This document shows, in pieces, positions 8,722-19,425 of a stretch of 64,000 nucleotides of DNA. The notes beneath the pieces were generated by a model that was not told the origin of the DNA, ran no database searches, and saw nothing but the letters and a program-made list of their open reading frames with translations. Origin of the DNA: Bdellovibrionales bacterium (lineage in GTDB: Bacteria > Bdellovibrionota > Bdellovibrionia > Bdellovibrionales > UBA1609); assembly GCA_965205945.1 (NCBI GenBank), contig CBDBIB010000001.1:416001-480000 (forward strand), in the 5' to 3' direction. The stretch's first letter is position 1; every line of letters begins with the position of its first letter. Both the position numbers and the translations under genes were made by a program.

Positions 8722-10125
8722 ATGGATTATAGAATAGAAAAAGACAGTATGGGTGAAGTTAAGGTTGAATCTTGTAAACTTTGGGGGGCTCAAACTCAAC
8801 GCTCTTTAAAAAATTTTAAAATCGGTTTTGATAAATTTCCAAGAGAGATGATTCGCGCCTTTGGAATTTTAAAAAAATCCTGTGCAAGAGCAAACATGAC
8901 CTTAGGCTTATTACCTAAAGAAAAGACAACAGCAATTTTAAAAGCCGCTGATGAAGTGATTAAAGGAAAATTTGATTTAGAATTTCCCTTAGTTGTTTGG
9001 CAAACAGGCAGTGGAACACAGTCTAATATGAATTCTAATGAGGTTATTGCAAACCGTGCAGCTCAAATCATGGGTTTTACTTTAGACGTTAATAGTAATG
9101 AGAAAAAAGTTCATCCCAATGACGATATTAATAAAGGACAATCTTCAAACGATGTTTTTCCAACAACTATGCATATTGCAACATCAGAAATGATTGCAAA
9201 GAAGATGATTCCAGCTTTAAAAAATTTAAAAAAATCTTTAGAAAAAAAACAAGATGAATTCTCTGATATTTTTAAAATTGGAAGAACTCATTTTATGGAT
9301 GCAACACCACTAACCCTAGGCCAAGAGTTTTCAGGGTATGTTAGGCAAATTGAGCTTTCTATTAAGCGTATTGAGTTTGCACTAACAGGCACTTTAGAAC
9401 TTGCAATCGGCGGAACAGCTGTTGGAACAGGTTTAAATACTCATGAAACTTTTGACCAAACAGTTTCAAAATATATAGCTGAAGAAACAGGTTTAGCTTT
9501 CATGTCTGGGAAAAATAAGTTTGAAGGGCTTGCTGCCCATGACGCTATGGTCTTTTTAAGTGGATCCTTAAAAACTGTAGCTGTAAGTTTAATGAAAATT
9601 GGAAATGATATTCGTATGCTTGGCAGCGGTCCAAGGTGTGGAATTGGAGAGTTAAACCTTCCTGCAAATGAGCCGGGAAGTTCTATTATGCCTGGAAAGG
9701 TTAACCCTACGCAGGTAGAAGCTCTTACAATGGTTTGCGCTCAAGTTATGGGAAATGATGCAGGTGTTGCTATTGCAGGGTCTATGGGGCATTTTGAATT
9801 AAATGTTTTTAAGCCAATGATTGTTCATAATGTTTTACACTCAATCCGTCTTTTATCAGAGGCTTGTAATAGTTTTAGAGTAAATTGTTTAGACGGGATT
9901 ATAGCGAATAAAGAAAAATGTGCTAACCATTTAAACAATTCTTTAATGCTAGTAACAGCATTAAACCCACACATTGGTTATGATGCATCAGCAAAAATTG
10001 CAAAGAAAGCCTTTAAGGAAGGAACTACATTAAAAAAAGCTGCAATCTCTTTAGGCCTTTTAACAGAGACTCAATTTAAAGACTGGGTTAAACCTAGTAA
10101 TATGATAAGGCCTTTAAAAACATGA
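8722..10125 (+). CDS. fumC: Class II fumarate hydratase
   Basis: [13 protein letters not shown] start; [22 protein letters not shown] and signature [11 protein letters not shown]. Confidence 0.97.
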   Translation: MDYRIEKDSMGEVKVESCKLWGAQTQRSLKNFKIGFDKFPREMIRAFGILKKSCARANMTLGLLPKEKTTAILKAADEVIKGKFDLEFPLVVWQTGSGTQSNMNSNEVIANRAAQIMGFTLDVNSNEKKVHPNDDINKGQSSNDVFPTTMHIATSEMIAKKMIPALKNLKKSLEKKQDEFSDIFKIGRTHFMDATPLTLGQEFSGYVRQIELSIKRIEFALTGTLELAIGGTAVGTGLNTHETFDQTVSKYIAEETGLAFMSGKNKFEGLAAHDAMVFLSGSLKTVAVSLMKIGNDIRMLGSGPRCGIGELNLPANEPGSSIMPGKVNPTQVEALTMVCAQVMGNDAGVAIAGSMGHFELNVFKPMIVHNVLHSIRLLSEACNSFRVNCLDGIIANKEKCANHLNNSLMLVTALNPHIGYDASAKIAKKAFKEGTTLKKAAISLGLLTETQFKDWVKPSNMIRPLKT

Positions 10126-10991
10126 GTTTACCTAAACAATGCTCTTGGATTAACAATAAAGATATTAGGCCTTATTTTTTTATAAGAAAAGAGAATTGGT
10201 TTAAAGAGCCTGGTTCTTTTCTAAAGAATTGTAATTGGTTTAAAAATTTAAAAGTTTTAAAAAAAGATCCTCTTTCAATGAAAGAAAAAGATTTTACTAA
10301 AATTATTCTAGAAATTGAAAGTCGAGTTTTTCATCAAAGTGGTATGCCTATGCCTGGCTGGGTTTTTTATGACTGTGGGCTTATTCCAGGCATTGTAACA
10401 GGTTTTGCACATAAAACATCTCAACTTCCAAAAAGTATTAAGGCTATTTTAAATAAAGACTTACTTAAAACAGAATGGACACCGTTATCGCTTTTCATTG
10501 CTATTCCTTGCGGAAATAAAAAAGAATGGGTTGCACATAATTTAAGCTCTATAAACAATCTACTCTCGAAAAAAAATAGATTTTATGGACTAGGATTTTT
10601 ATCTAAATGCTTTGGTCTTTGGTATTCAAATATTAAACAAATTTGTGGAATGACTCAATGGCAAAGCCCCGCACTTAAATTACATGTTAATTACGGGAAC
10701 TTTGAAATTTTAACTTCCTACACACCTATTCACTCACATCCTCAAACATTAACATATAGATGTAGTCTAAATTTTAATTCATGGAAGAGGTTTTTTGATA
10801 AAACTACAGATGGTAACTTTTCTAAAAAATTTGAATTAGTAAATAAATTAAAAATCAATCCGACTGATCAAAAGAGTTTAATTAAAACTCAATCTTTTTT
10901 AGAAAAAAATGACGAGTCATTTTATTTAAGGCCAGATCAGATTAAGAATGCTAATGTTGGAGACGTTTTAAATATTTATAAACGCGTTTAA
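10122..10991 (+). CDS. Hypothetical protein, possibly a divergent GNAT fold
   Basis: ATGA overlap with fumC; RFYGLG and [13 protein letters not shown] loosely resemble GNAT motifs A and B. Confidence 0.6.
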   Translation: MSLPKQCSWINNKDIRPYFFIRKENWFKEPGSFLKNCNWFKNLKVLKKDPLSMKEKDFTKIILEIESRVFHQSGMPMPGWVFYDCGLIPGIVTGFAHKTSQLPKSIKAILNKDLLKTEWTPLSLFIAIPCGNKKEWVAHNLSSINNLLSKKNRFYGLGFLSKCFGLWYSNIKQICGMTQWQSPALKLHVNYGNFEILTSYTPIHSHPQTLTYRCSLNFNSWKRFFDKTTDGNFSKKFELVNKLKINPTDQKSLIKTQSFLEKNDESFYLRPDQIKNANVGDVLNIYKRV

Positions 10992-11021
10992 TTATATTAC
11001 TGTAAATATCTTAGGAGGCAT

Positions 11022-11798
11022 ATGTTGCTTTTAGTTTTATCTGGTTTAGGGGTTGGAGTGGTTTCAGCTCTCTTAGGTTTAGGTGGAGGAGTGTTACTCG
11101 TTCCATTTTTACCCAAATTAACTGATTGGAGTAGTCACCAAGTTGTAGCAGTGACGCTTTTAATTATCTTAGGAAATTCCTTTGCTAATATGATCTGGTA
11201 TAATAAAAGAAATATGGTAAATTGGAGTGTTTTAATTTTTTGGGGCCCTTTTGCAGCTATGGGAGCGTTTACAGGCTCCTATTATGCTTTAAAGCTTGAA
11301 GGCCAGAAACTTCGAATGGCTTTGCTTGTTATTGTAGGCTTAATGATCATTCGATTTAGTCTAGATTTTTTTAAAAACCCAAGAAGTAAAAAGCTCTTTG
11401 TTTCTTCAGATTGGAATCCTTTTAAAGGAATCTTTGGTTTTTTTGTGGGTAGTTTTTCTGGATTTTGCGGCGTTGGAACAGGGCTTATTTCAAATATTAT
11501 TTTTATGAATCGAAGATGGGTTTTAAACAATAAAGTTGCTCCAACAGGAAATGGAGTGATGCTTTTTGTTAGCCTTGCTTCAATGATAAGTTTTTTAATT
11601 TTTGGAAAAAGTCAAAATATTGAACTTTCTTTTTTTCTAGAAAATGGAAAAGAAATTTTAGTTCTAATGGGATCTGTTTTTATAAGTTCATTTTACTTAA
11701 GGCCATTTAACCCCCTTATCTCAGATAATTTAAGATTTCTTTGCCTAATCATAACACTTTTTTCAGTATTTGGCTGTGTTTTATATGAAATGTTTTAA
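11022..11798 (+). CDS. TauE/SafE (sulfite exporter) family membrane protein
   Basis: GLGGGVLLVP and GFCGVGTG repeats; many TM helices; AGGAGG RBS. Confidence 0.85.
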   Translation: MLLLVLSGLGVGVVSALLGLGGGVLLVPFLPKLTDWSSHQVVAVTLLIILGNSFANMIWYNKRNMVNWSVLIFWGPFAAMGAFTGSYYALKLEGQKLRMALLVIVGLMIIRFSLDFFKNPRSKKLFVSSDWNPFKGIFGFFVGSFSGFCGVGTGLISNIIFMNRRWVLNNKVAPTGNGVMLFVSLASMISFLIFGKSQNIELSFFLENGKEILVLMGSVFISSFYLRPFNPLISDNLRFLCLIITLFSVFGCVLYEMF

Positions 11799-12008
11799 TA
11801 TTCACCCTTATTTTACTCTAGCTTTTAAAGAATTTTCTTAATCTAGACAGGCTTTTTTTAGATTTAAAAGTGACCCAGCACCAAATAAAAATATACCTTC
11901 TTTAATGTCACATACTAAAACTAAACTTACATGCTTAGAGTCTTACAGCTTTAAAAAATAAATAACCTTGCTATTTTTATATTTACTTTTTAAATATTTA
12001 AACTAATT

Positions 12009-12839
12009 ATGGATTTTAAAGTACTTGATGCGGGTGATTTTTATAAATTAGAACAAGTAGGCCCTTATATTTACCACAGGCCAAGCCCTGCAGCCATTTG
12101 GCCTAGGGGAAACCATCCCTTATACAATAAAATAGATGCAAAATATGAGCGATTTCAAAATGGTAAAGGTAGGTGGATTTATAACAATAAAAATATGAAA
12201 AAAACTTTTATAATTGATGTTTTAAATCTAAAAATTCAAATGCAGCATAGCTCTTTTGGGCATTTAGGGCTTTTTGCAGAACAACTTATAAATTGGAAGA
12301 GGCTTAAGAAAAATGTGTCTAAAGGAGATAAGGTTTTAAATCTATTTGCTTATACGGGAGTGGCCTCTTTAATTTGTGCCACCAAAGATGCTGAAGTGAC
12401 CCATGTAGACGCCTCTAAAACAAGTTTAACTTGGGCAAGAAAAAATCAAGAACTCTCAGGACTTAAAAATAAGAAAATACGATGGCTTGTTGATGACGTT
12501 CAAAAGTTTGTTGCTAAAAAAATCAGACAAGAATCTAAATATGACTGGATTATTTTAGATCCCCCAAGCTTTGGACGAGGTAATAATAACGAAGTTTGGC
12601 AAATTAATGAGCATCTTCATGGTTTAATGCAAAACCTATCTAAGTTAAAATCAGATAATTTTAAAGGAATCCTTTTATCTTCCCACTCTCCAGGATACTC
12701 AGCCATAGCTTTAGAAAATCTTTTAAAAAGAACAAGTTTTAAAGAAAAAATGGGAGTTTGCCATGAAATGTTTATTGATCATGAAAAGTATCCACTTCCA
12801 AGCGGAGACTGCGCTTGGCAAACGAATATAAAATTATAA
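12009..12839 (+). CDS. Class I SAM-dependent methyltransferase (RlmI/RlmK-like catalytic domain)
   Basis: VLNLFAYTG, VDAS and ILDPPSFG motifs. Confidence 0.85.
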   Translation: MDFKVLDAGDFYKLEQVGPYIYHRPSPAAIWPRGNHPLYNKIDAKYERFQNGKGRWIYNNKNMKKTFIIDVLNLKIQMQHSSFGHLGLFAEQLINWKRLKKNVSKGDKVLNLFAYTGVASLICATKDAEVTHVDASKTSLTWARKNQELSGLKNKKIRWLVDDVQKFVAKKIRQESKYDWIILDPPSFGRGNNNEVWQINEHLHGLMQNLSKLKSDNFKGILLSSHSPGYSAIALENLLKRTSFKEKMGVCHEMFIDHEKYPLPSGDCAWQTNIKL

Positions 12840-13889
12840 ATTAAACTCTAATTGGTTAATTTTGTTAGTATCAAATTTAATACCAAACCCAATAAGGCGA
12901 GTTTTCTCAGGCAGACCCTCCCAAAAAGAAATCATATAAGAAAGTGCAGTATCATAATCTGGTATATCTTTAAAGATCCCAACATCTTTTGATCTACTTT
13001 GAAAATCAAAGCTTTTTAATTTAAAACAAACCCCTTTAATTTTATAACCCTTTACTTTTGAAGTTTTAAATCTGGCAACAAATTCAATATAAACCTGTTT
13101 AAAGCCCTCTTGAATTTCATTTTTAGTAATAAGATCCTGTGGAAAAGTTCTTTCAACAGAAAAAGATTTTCTAACAGAATTAGTTTTTACTTCCCTATCA
13201 TCAATGCCTTGACAAAGTTTATACAAATGTCCCCCCATGCTCCCAAAAAGACGTTGAATCTCTAAAAGACTTAGACGTCTTAAGTCTCCACAAGTTTTAA
13301 AACCAAGCTTATGCATGCATTCTTCTGTTTTTTTCCCAACCCCCCAAAGTTTTCCAACAGGTAAAAACTTTGTAAAGGAAGAGTTTTTATGGGGAGAAAC
13401 TGTAAACTGTCCATTTGGTTTTCTTAAATCACTTGATATTTTAGCTAAAAATTTATTATTTGCAATCCCAGCAGAAGCAGTAAGGCCTCTCTTTAATAAA
13501 ATAGTCTGCCTAATTTTTTTTGCAAGTAAGGTGGCACTACCTTTAAACTCACGGCTCTTAGTAACATCTAAATACGCTTCATCAAGAGACAGAAGCTCGA
13601 TTTTATCAGTAAAATTTTTTAAAATTTTATGTATCTCTACACTTTCTTCTTTATATAGAGAAAACTTTGGGTGAATTAAAATAAGATCAGGACAAAGCCT
13701 TAATGCATGGACCGTAGACATTGCTGATCTAACACCAAATTTTCTTGCTTCATAGGAAGCCGCAGCAATAACACCTCTTTGATCCCTGCCTCCACCAACA
13801 GCTACAGGTTTTTTTAAAAGCCTTAAATCGTGTTTGACTTCAACAGCAGCAAAAAAACAATCCATATCAATATGGATAATTTTTTTCAT
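12834..13889 (-). CDS. dinB: DNA polymerase IV
   Basis: IIHIDMDCFFAAVE, SYEARKFGVRSAM, SLDEAYLD and SDLRKPNG. Confidence 0.95.
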   Translation of the reverse strand: MKKIIHIDMDCFFAAVEVKHDLRLLKKPVAVGGGRDQRGVIAAASYEARKFGVRSAMSTVHALRLCPDLILIHPKFSLYKEESVEIHKILKNFTDKIELLSLDEAYLDVTKSREFKGSATLLAKKIRQTILLKRGLTASAGIANNKFLAKISSDLRKPNGQFTVSPHKNSSFTKFLPVGKLWGVGKKTEECMHKLGFKTCGDLRRLSLLEIQRLFGSMGGHLYKLCQGIDDREVKTNSVRKSFSVERTFPQDLITKNEIQEGFKQVYIEFVARFKTSKVKGYKIKGVCFKLKSFDFQSRSKDVGIFKDIPDYDTALSYMISFWEGLPEKTRLIGFGIKFDTNKINQLEFNL

Positions 13890-14394
13890 TTAGATTCTAA
13901 ATCTTTTATTTTTTTCATAAATTAATTAAAACTCAATAATTTAATTGTATTTTTCCTTATTCCTATAATTTTTATACTCAAAACAATTTTTACTGCTCTC
14001 TTTAATATAGCTTTTTTACATTTTTTAAATCTAGAGTAATAGCAAACTTAACCCTACCTTTTTTATCTAAAAGTACAATGAGCAGTAATGAAAAAAATCA
14101 CTCTAAACTCCATAGTATATAGGTTTTCTATATTAAAATTTTATAATATTAGTTTATAAACTTTAAAACTTCTTAGTAAATAGTTTATATAAATTAAACC
14201 CTTAATAAAATTAACTTAAAAAATTTAGATTTTCAAAAAGATTTAAAAGAATGAGCCAATATTTTGAGCAATCCAGGTGTCAATGAATTACCTTAAAATT
14301 CATTTTCCAACTAAGATCTTATTTTTTGGTATTTCAAGCAATATTTTTTTTTTTGGTTGAGTTTTCAAGCTTCTAAATATTTAATCTTCATCCT

Positions 14395-15009
14395 ATGTCA
14401 TACGGAAAAATGCCACCACAAGCCTATACAAAAGAGACTCTACAAAACGCTTTTGAGTGGTGGTCTCAGCAGCCCGAAGACCTAAGAAATCAAATCCAAG
14501 ACAAAGATGACCTAGTAGGTTATTATTTAAGACTCCATAGAGGTATTGAACCTCCAAAGAATGAAGGTGGTTTTACAAAAGCTGCAAAAGAATCCTTTTC
14601 TTTAGAACTTAAAGGACTGGTGAAAAATTTAGATGCCTTTGAAGGATATGAAGAAAAAATGATACAACCACCTACAAAATCCGAAGAAAAGCCAAAACCA
14701 AAATTCTGTGAGCAACTTAAAATACCACAAGTTAAACACTCAACAACAACACCTGTATTTAACCCTTCAAATCAATTACAGTTTCCAAACATGTCAAAAC
14801 CATTAATACCCACTAAAGAAGCTGACATAATGATAAGCAAACCCTCAACCTTGGCAAATTCAAAAATTCAAGAAAAATTTTTTAAATTGGATGAAAAATC
14901 CAAAATATCTGTGGCTAAAACAAAAAAACTTTTAAACCTGTCTTCAGATGAAGAAGCTCTTCGTGCCCTTATTGCGTTAGGCAAATCTAGAATTAAAGAA
15001 CTCATTTAG
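14395..15009 (+). CDS. Hypothetical protein (N-terminal PPQAYTKETL domain, Pro-rich linker, short helical C-terminus)
   Basis: 204-aa ORF upstream of ileS. Confidence 0.7.
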   Translation: MSYGKMPPQAYTKETLQNAFEWWSQQPEDLRNQIQDKDDLVGYYLRLHRGIEPPKNEGGFTKAAKESFSLELKGLVKNLDAFEGYEEKMIQPPTKSEEKPKPKFCEQLKIPQVKHSTTTPVFNPSNQLQFPNMSKPLIPTKEADIMISKPSTLANSKIQEKFFKLDEKSKISVAKTKKLLNLSSDEEALRALIALGKSRIKELI

Positions 15010-15080
15010 CCAAGACACTTTCCCAAAAACGTAAATCTTGCTAAGATTCTTATTGTAAAGCACTAGTTAAGGAACATCTT

Positions 15081-17843
15081 ATGAAACTCAAAGACAGTTT
15101 AAATTTACCAAAAACAAGCTTTCCAATGAAAGCCTTGTTACCTGAAAATGAACCTAAAAAAATTAAAACCTGGGACGATATAAATCTTTATCAAAAAATT
15201 CAAAATAGAAACAAAAACTCTGAAAAAATTTTTACAATGCCTGATGGACCCCCTTACGCAAACGGAAACATTCATTTAGGGCATGTTTTAAATAAAGTTT
15301 TAAAAGATATCACACTAAAATATAAAAATTTAAATGGGTTTAAAGCGCCTTTTATACCAGGCTGGGATGGCCATGGTTTACCTATTGAGCTAAAAGTTTC
15401 AAAAAACCTTGGCTCTAAAAGACAAGGCATGACGAAAAAAAAACTTAGACAATTGTGTCGTTTTGAAGTTTATAAGTGGGTTGATATTCAAAAAAAACAA
15501 TTTAAACGACTCGGAATTTTAGCTGATTGGGAGAACCCATATATAACAATTGATCCTAAATATGAAGCCGAAGAAGTTAGAGAATTTGCCAGAATTTATG
15601 AAAATGGACTCATTTATAAAGGCAAAAAACCGGTTTATTGGTGCCCTACTTTACAGACCGCTTTAGCAGACACAGAAGTTGAATATATAGAGCGTGAAAG
15701 CCCCTCTATTTATGTAAAATTTAAAATTAAGCCTGAAACCTTGCCTTTAGCTCTTCGTAAATATGTAGATTTATCCGCTGTTATTTGGACAACAACTCCT
15801 TGGACGCTTCCTGCAAACCTAGGGATTTCGGTACACCCAAAATTTAATTATCAAATTGTAGAAACAAATCATGGCAATCTTTTTTTAGCAAAAAAAATGA
15901 TCGATAAGGTGGTTATGGAAACTGGTTTAAAAATCCAATCAAGGGGCGCCCAGATAGAAGGCCTTAAATTAGAAAGTATTGTTGCAAATCATCCATTTTT
16001 AAAACAATCTTCAAGGTTTTTACTTGGTGAACATGTTACTTTAGAGGCTGGCACTGGATTAGTTCATACCGCCCCTGGACATGGTGTAGATGACTACCAG
16101 GTAGGTTTAAAGTATGGCCTTAAAATTTATAGCCCCGTAGGTCCTGATGGAAAATATACGAGTGACTATCCTCAACGTGAAGGTCAGCATATTTTTAAAG
16201 CTAATAATCTAATTGTCCAAGATTTAAAGGCTTTAGGGGCCTTAATATTTTCAAAAAATTTGAAACATAGTTATCCACACAATTGGAGATCTAAAACCCC
16301 ACTAATCTATAGAGCAACTCCCCAATGGTTTTTAAAGGTGGATGACAACGACTACAGTATTAGAAAAAATGCCCTAAAGCTAACTGAATCCGATATTAAA
16401 TTCTACCCGGATTGGGGTAGGGCTAGACTTAAAGGAATGTTAAAAAATAGACCTGATTGGTGCTTAAGTCGCCAAAGAATCTGGGGTGTTCCCATTCCTG
16501 TTTTAATCTGTTCTTCATGTGAGAAAACACATATATCAACTTCATTTATAATGTCAGTTGCTGATAAAATGGAGAAATCAAAAAAAGGAATAGAGGCTTA
16601 TTTTGAAGATGACTTATCCGATATTACACCTTTAAAATGTGATAACTGCAACAATACAACCTTTAATAAAGGCGAAGATATTTTAGATGTTTGGTTTGAT
16701 AGTGGTGTTTGTCATGCTGCTGTTCAAAGAAAACATAAAGATATGAAGGCTCAAGCAGATTTGTATCTTGAAGGTTCTGATCAACATAGGGGTTGGTTTC
16801 AAACAAGCTTGCTCTCTTCACTTGCTGCCCATAAAGAGGCTCCATTTAAGGCTTTAGTAACACATGGCTTTGTAAACGATGCTAAAGGCAGAAAAATGTC
16901 TAAGAGCCTTGGAAATGTTATTGATCCACTAAAAGTTATTCAAAACTCGGGGGCTGAAATCTTAAGGCTTTGGGTTACATACGTAGACTACGGACAGGAT
17001 ATGAATGTTTCACAGGAAGTCTTTTTAAGGGTGACTGAGACTTATAGAAGAATTCGAAATACCATGCGTTTTATGCTAGGAAATCTTAATGGTTATGAAC
17101 ATAAAAATTTAGACCCTACAGACTTAAACTCCTTAGATCGCTGGATATTAGCTAAATTAGATAAACTTGTTCAAGATGTGACAACGGCTTTTGAAACGTA
17201 TAATTATTATAAAGCCTATCATGGAATAAATTTATTTTTTACAGTTGATTTAAGCTCAAGGTATTTAGATATTTTAAAAGACAGGCTTTATGTAGAAAGT
17301 AAACACTCAAAATTAAGGAAATCATCACAATTTGCCCTCTATAAAGTTCTTAAAACAACATCTGTTCTCATAGCCCCAATTTTATCTTTTTTATCAGAAG
17401 AAGTTTATGAGTATCTTCCTGAGTCTTTGGAAAAAGAAAAAAAAGAATCTATTTTCTTAGAAAATTACCCTATTTCAAATGAAAAATTTGCAAATAAAGA
17501 CTTGATAAAAGAGTATGAAGAACTCTTTGAACTTAGGTCTGTCATTTCAAAATCTTTAGAGAAAATGAGGGATGATAAGAAGCTTAAAGCAAGTTTAGAG
17601 GCTAAAATTACAATATCTAAGACAGTCTTAAGTGCTAAAATGTGGGCGAAATATGGGGATCAACTAGCAGAATTTTTTATTGTTTCAAAAGTAAACTATG
17701 ATAAAAACGGCAGTGAACTCGACGTTAGTTTGGCAGAAGGTGAAAAATGTCCCCGCTGCTGGCATATTGAATATTTAAAAGAACATAAATGTGGTAAAAA
17801 GATTTGTAATCGCTGCTCAAACGTAATGGATGAATTTTTATGA
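15081..17843 (+). CDS. ileS: Isoleucyl-tRNA synthetase
   Basis: DGPPYANG-HLGH, WTTTPWTLP, EGSDQHRGWF, KMSKS and C-terminal CPRCW zinc finger. Confidence 0.98.
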   Translation: MKLKDSLNLPKTSFPMKALLPENEPKKIKTWDDINLYQKIQNRNKNSEKIFTMPDGPPYANGNIHLGHVLNKVLKDITLKYKNLNGFKAPFIPGWDGHGLPIELKVSKNLGSKRQGMTKKKLRQLCRFEVYKWVDIQKKQFKRLGILADWENPYITIDPKYEAEEVREFARIYENGLIYKGKKPVYWCPTLQTALADTEVEYIERESPSIYVKFKIKPETLPLALRKYVDLSAVIWTTTPWTLPANLGISVHPKFNYQIVETNHGNLFLAKKMIDKVVMETGLKIQSRGAQIEGLKLESIVANHPFLKQSSRFLLGEHVTLEAGTGLVHTAPGHGVDDYQVGLKYGLKIYSPVGPDGKYTSDYPQREGQHIFKANNLIVQDLKALGALIFSKNLKHSYPHNWRSKTPLIYRATPQWFLKVDDNDYSIRKNALKLTESDIKFYPDWGRARLKGMLKNRPDWCLSRQRIWGVPIPVLICSSCEKTHISTSFIMSVADKMEKSKKGIEAYFEDDLSDITPLKCDNCNNTTFNKGEDILDVWFDSGVCHAAVQRKHKDMKAQADLYLEGSDQHRGWFQTSLLSSLAAHKEAPFKALVTHGFVNDAKGRKMSKSLGNVIDPLKVIQNSGAEILRLWVTYVDYGQDMNVSQEVFLRVTETYRRIRNTMRFMLGNLNGYEHKNLDPTDLNSLDRWILAKLDKLVQDVTTAFETYNYYKAYHGINLFFTVDLSSRYLDILKDRLYVESKHSKLRKSSQFALYKVLKTTSVLIAPILSFLSEEVYEYLPESLEKEKKESIFLENYPISNEKFANKDLIKEYEELFELRSVISKSLEKMRDDKKLKASLEAKITISKTVLSAKMWAKYGDQLAEFFIVSKVNYDKNGSELDVSLAEGEKCPRCWHIEYLKEHKCGKKICNRCSNVMDEFL

Positions 17844-18331
17844 AAAAAAAACTATTGTATTTAATTTCAATTTGTACACTTATCCTTGTTTTAGATCAAG
17901 TTATCAAAATTTATGTGCATACTAATTTTAACCTTCATGAATCCAAAACAATTATAGACGGATTTTTTAGTTTTACGTATGTAAGAAATCCAGGTGCCGC
18001 CTTTGGTATGCTTAGAAATACTCCCGAACTGTTTAGACGTGTTTTTTTCCTAAGTGTTACACCCATTGCTATAGTCGTACTTTTTTATTTTTTAGCTACA
18101 ATAAAACCTCAAGATATTTTTCAAATAATAGCAATAAGTCTGATCTTTTCTGGAGCACTAGGAAATTATATCGATAGAGTTCGATTTGAATATGTAATAG
18201 ATTTTCTAGATTTTTATATTGGAAACATACATTACCCTGCATTTAATGTTGCAGATATTGCTATTGTTTGTGGTGTTTTTCTTTGGTTCTACTGTATTCT
18301 TAATGAAGATATGAAGAAGGCAAAGGCCTAG
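17840..18331 (+). CDS. lspA: Lipoprotein signal peptidase II
   Basis: NPGAAFG, GALGNYIDR, VIDF and FNVADI; follows ileS. Confidence 0.95.
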   Translation: MKKKLLYLISICTLILVLDQVIKIYVHTNFNLHESKTIIDGFFSFTYVRNPGAAFGMLRNTPELFRRVFFLSVTPIAIVVLFYFLATIKPQDIFQIIAISLIFSGALGNYIDRVRFEYVIDFLDFYIGNIHYPAFNVADIAIVCGVFLWFYCILNEDMKKAKA

Positions 18332-18334
18332 GCG

Positions 18335-19072
18335 TTGTTTGCGTATCTAAAAATTTTAAACTTTGAAATATCTGTCTATTTTTTATTTTTAAGCTTAACC
18401 TTTACATTTGCAGTACCATTGATCATACAAAGAGCAAAAGCTTTATCGTTATCAACAATACATGCTCTAGATTTATATCTATTTGTATTGATTGGGTCCT
18501 TTTTAGGCTCTCGAGTAATGTATGTTCTTTATCAAGAGCCCTTTTTTTATTGGTCTAACCCTAAACAGATTTTCTTTTTCTGGAATGGTGGATATATTTT
18601 CTTTGGAGGATTTTTGGGCGCTATTATTGCCGGGCTCATTTTTTGTCACATCCACAAAGAACCTCTTAAAAAATGGTTGAACTTTTCCATTCCAATTTTA
18701 TCTTTAAGTTATGCTATTGGAAGAATAGCATGTCTACTAAGTGGCTGTTGTTATGGAAAAGAGCTAAATGCTTGGTGGTCTGTATTTATGCATCATTCAA
18801 ATAGGCATCCAACACAGCTCTATGCCTCAATAATGGAACTGTTTATTTTTAGTGTTTTAATTCTTGTGGAGAAGAAAAAAGGATTTAAGAGTTTTTTAGT
18901 CCTTCCTTGGTGGATGGTTCTTCATGGAACAGCTCGTATTGTTATGGAGCAGTTTAGAGCAGATCCAAGGGGCATGAATCTTTTAGGAGTATCTATCTCT
19001 ACAAACATTTCAGTAATTTTAATTATTTTAGGTTTAATTTTATTCATTAAAAAATTAAAACTTAATCCTTAA
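18335..19072 (+). CDS. lgt: Prolipoprotein diacylglyceryl transferase
   Basis: GSRVMYV, GRIACLLSGCCYG, HPTQLY and EQFR. Confidence 0.92.
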   Translation: MFAYLKILNFEISVYFLFLSLTFTFAVPLIIQRAKALSLSTIHALDLYLFVLIGSFLGSRVMYVLYQEPFFYWSNPKQIFFFWNGGYIFFGGFLGAIIAGLIFCHIHKEPLKKWLNFSIPILSLSYAIGRIACLLSGCCYGKELNAWWSVFMHHSNRHPTQLYASIMELFIFSVLILVEKKKGFKSFLVLPWWMVLHGTARIVMEQFRADPRGMNLLGVSISTNISVILIILGLILFIKKLKLNP

Positions 19073-19195
19073 AAAGACAGCTATACTCTTTAACTCTACA
19101 CCAATTAAACTAAATAACTTTTAAATAAAATTTTATAAATATAACTTTAAAAACTTTAGTAAAAGTTAAATCAAAAAGATGTAAAATAGGTTTCA

Positions 19196-19372
19196 TTAAT
19201 ACAAATAAACCGCACCTAATCTAGCGACTAAATCATTACTCTGATCACCACCAACACCTGTTGCTTCGCTGTACTCACCATATGCCTCCACAATCAAAGT
19301 ATTACCATCACTACTCAAGCTAAGGCTACAACCAAATTGATCACCCCCATGATTTAAAAAGTAAAAATTCAT
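19196..19372 (-). pseudogene. Isolated terminal FG-GAP (integrin-alpha-like) repeat, probable gene relic
   Basis: Manual translation MNFYFLNHGGDQFGCSLSLSSDGNTLIVEAYGEYSEATGVGGDQSNDLVARLGAVYLY*, matching the FG.S.SLS.DG.TL.VGA...GAVY repeat pattern. Confidence 0.75.
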
Positions 19373-19425
19373 TATTACTTACAGATAAAAAATCTCATAG
19401 TCATAGTGAGCTTTTAAAGTTTAAA

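Noticed and set aside
19196..19372. FG-GAP fragment as a diversity-generating retroelement template repeat
   Set aside because: No reverse transcriptase and no matching variable repeat in the window.
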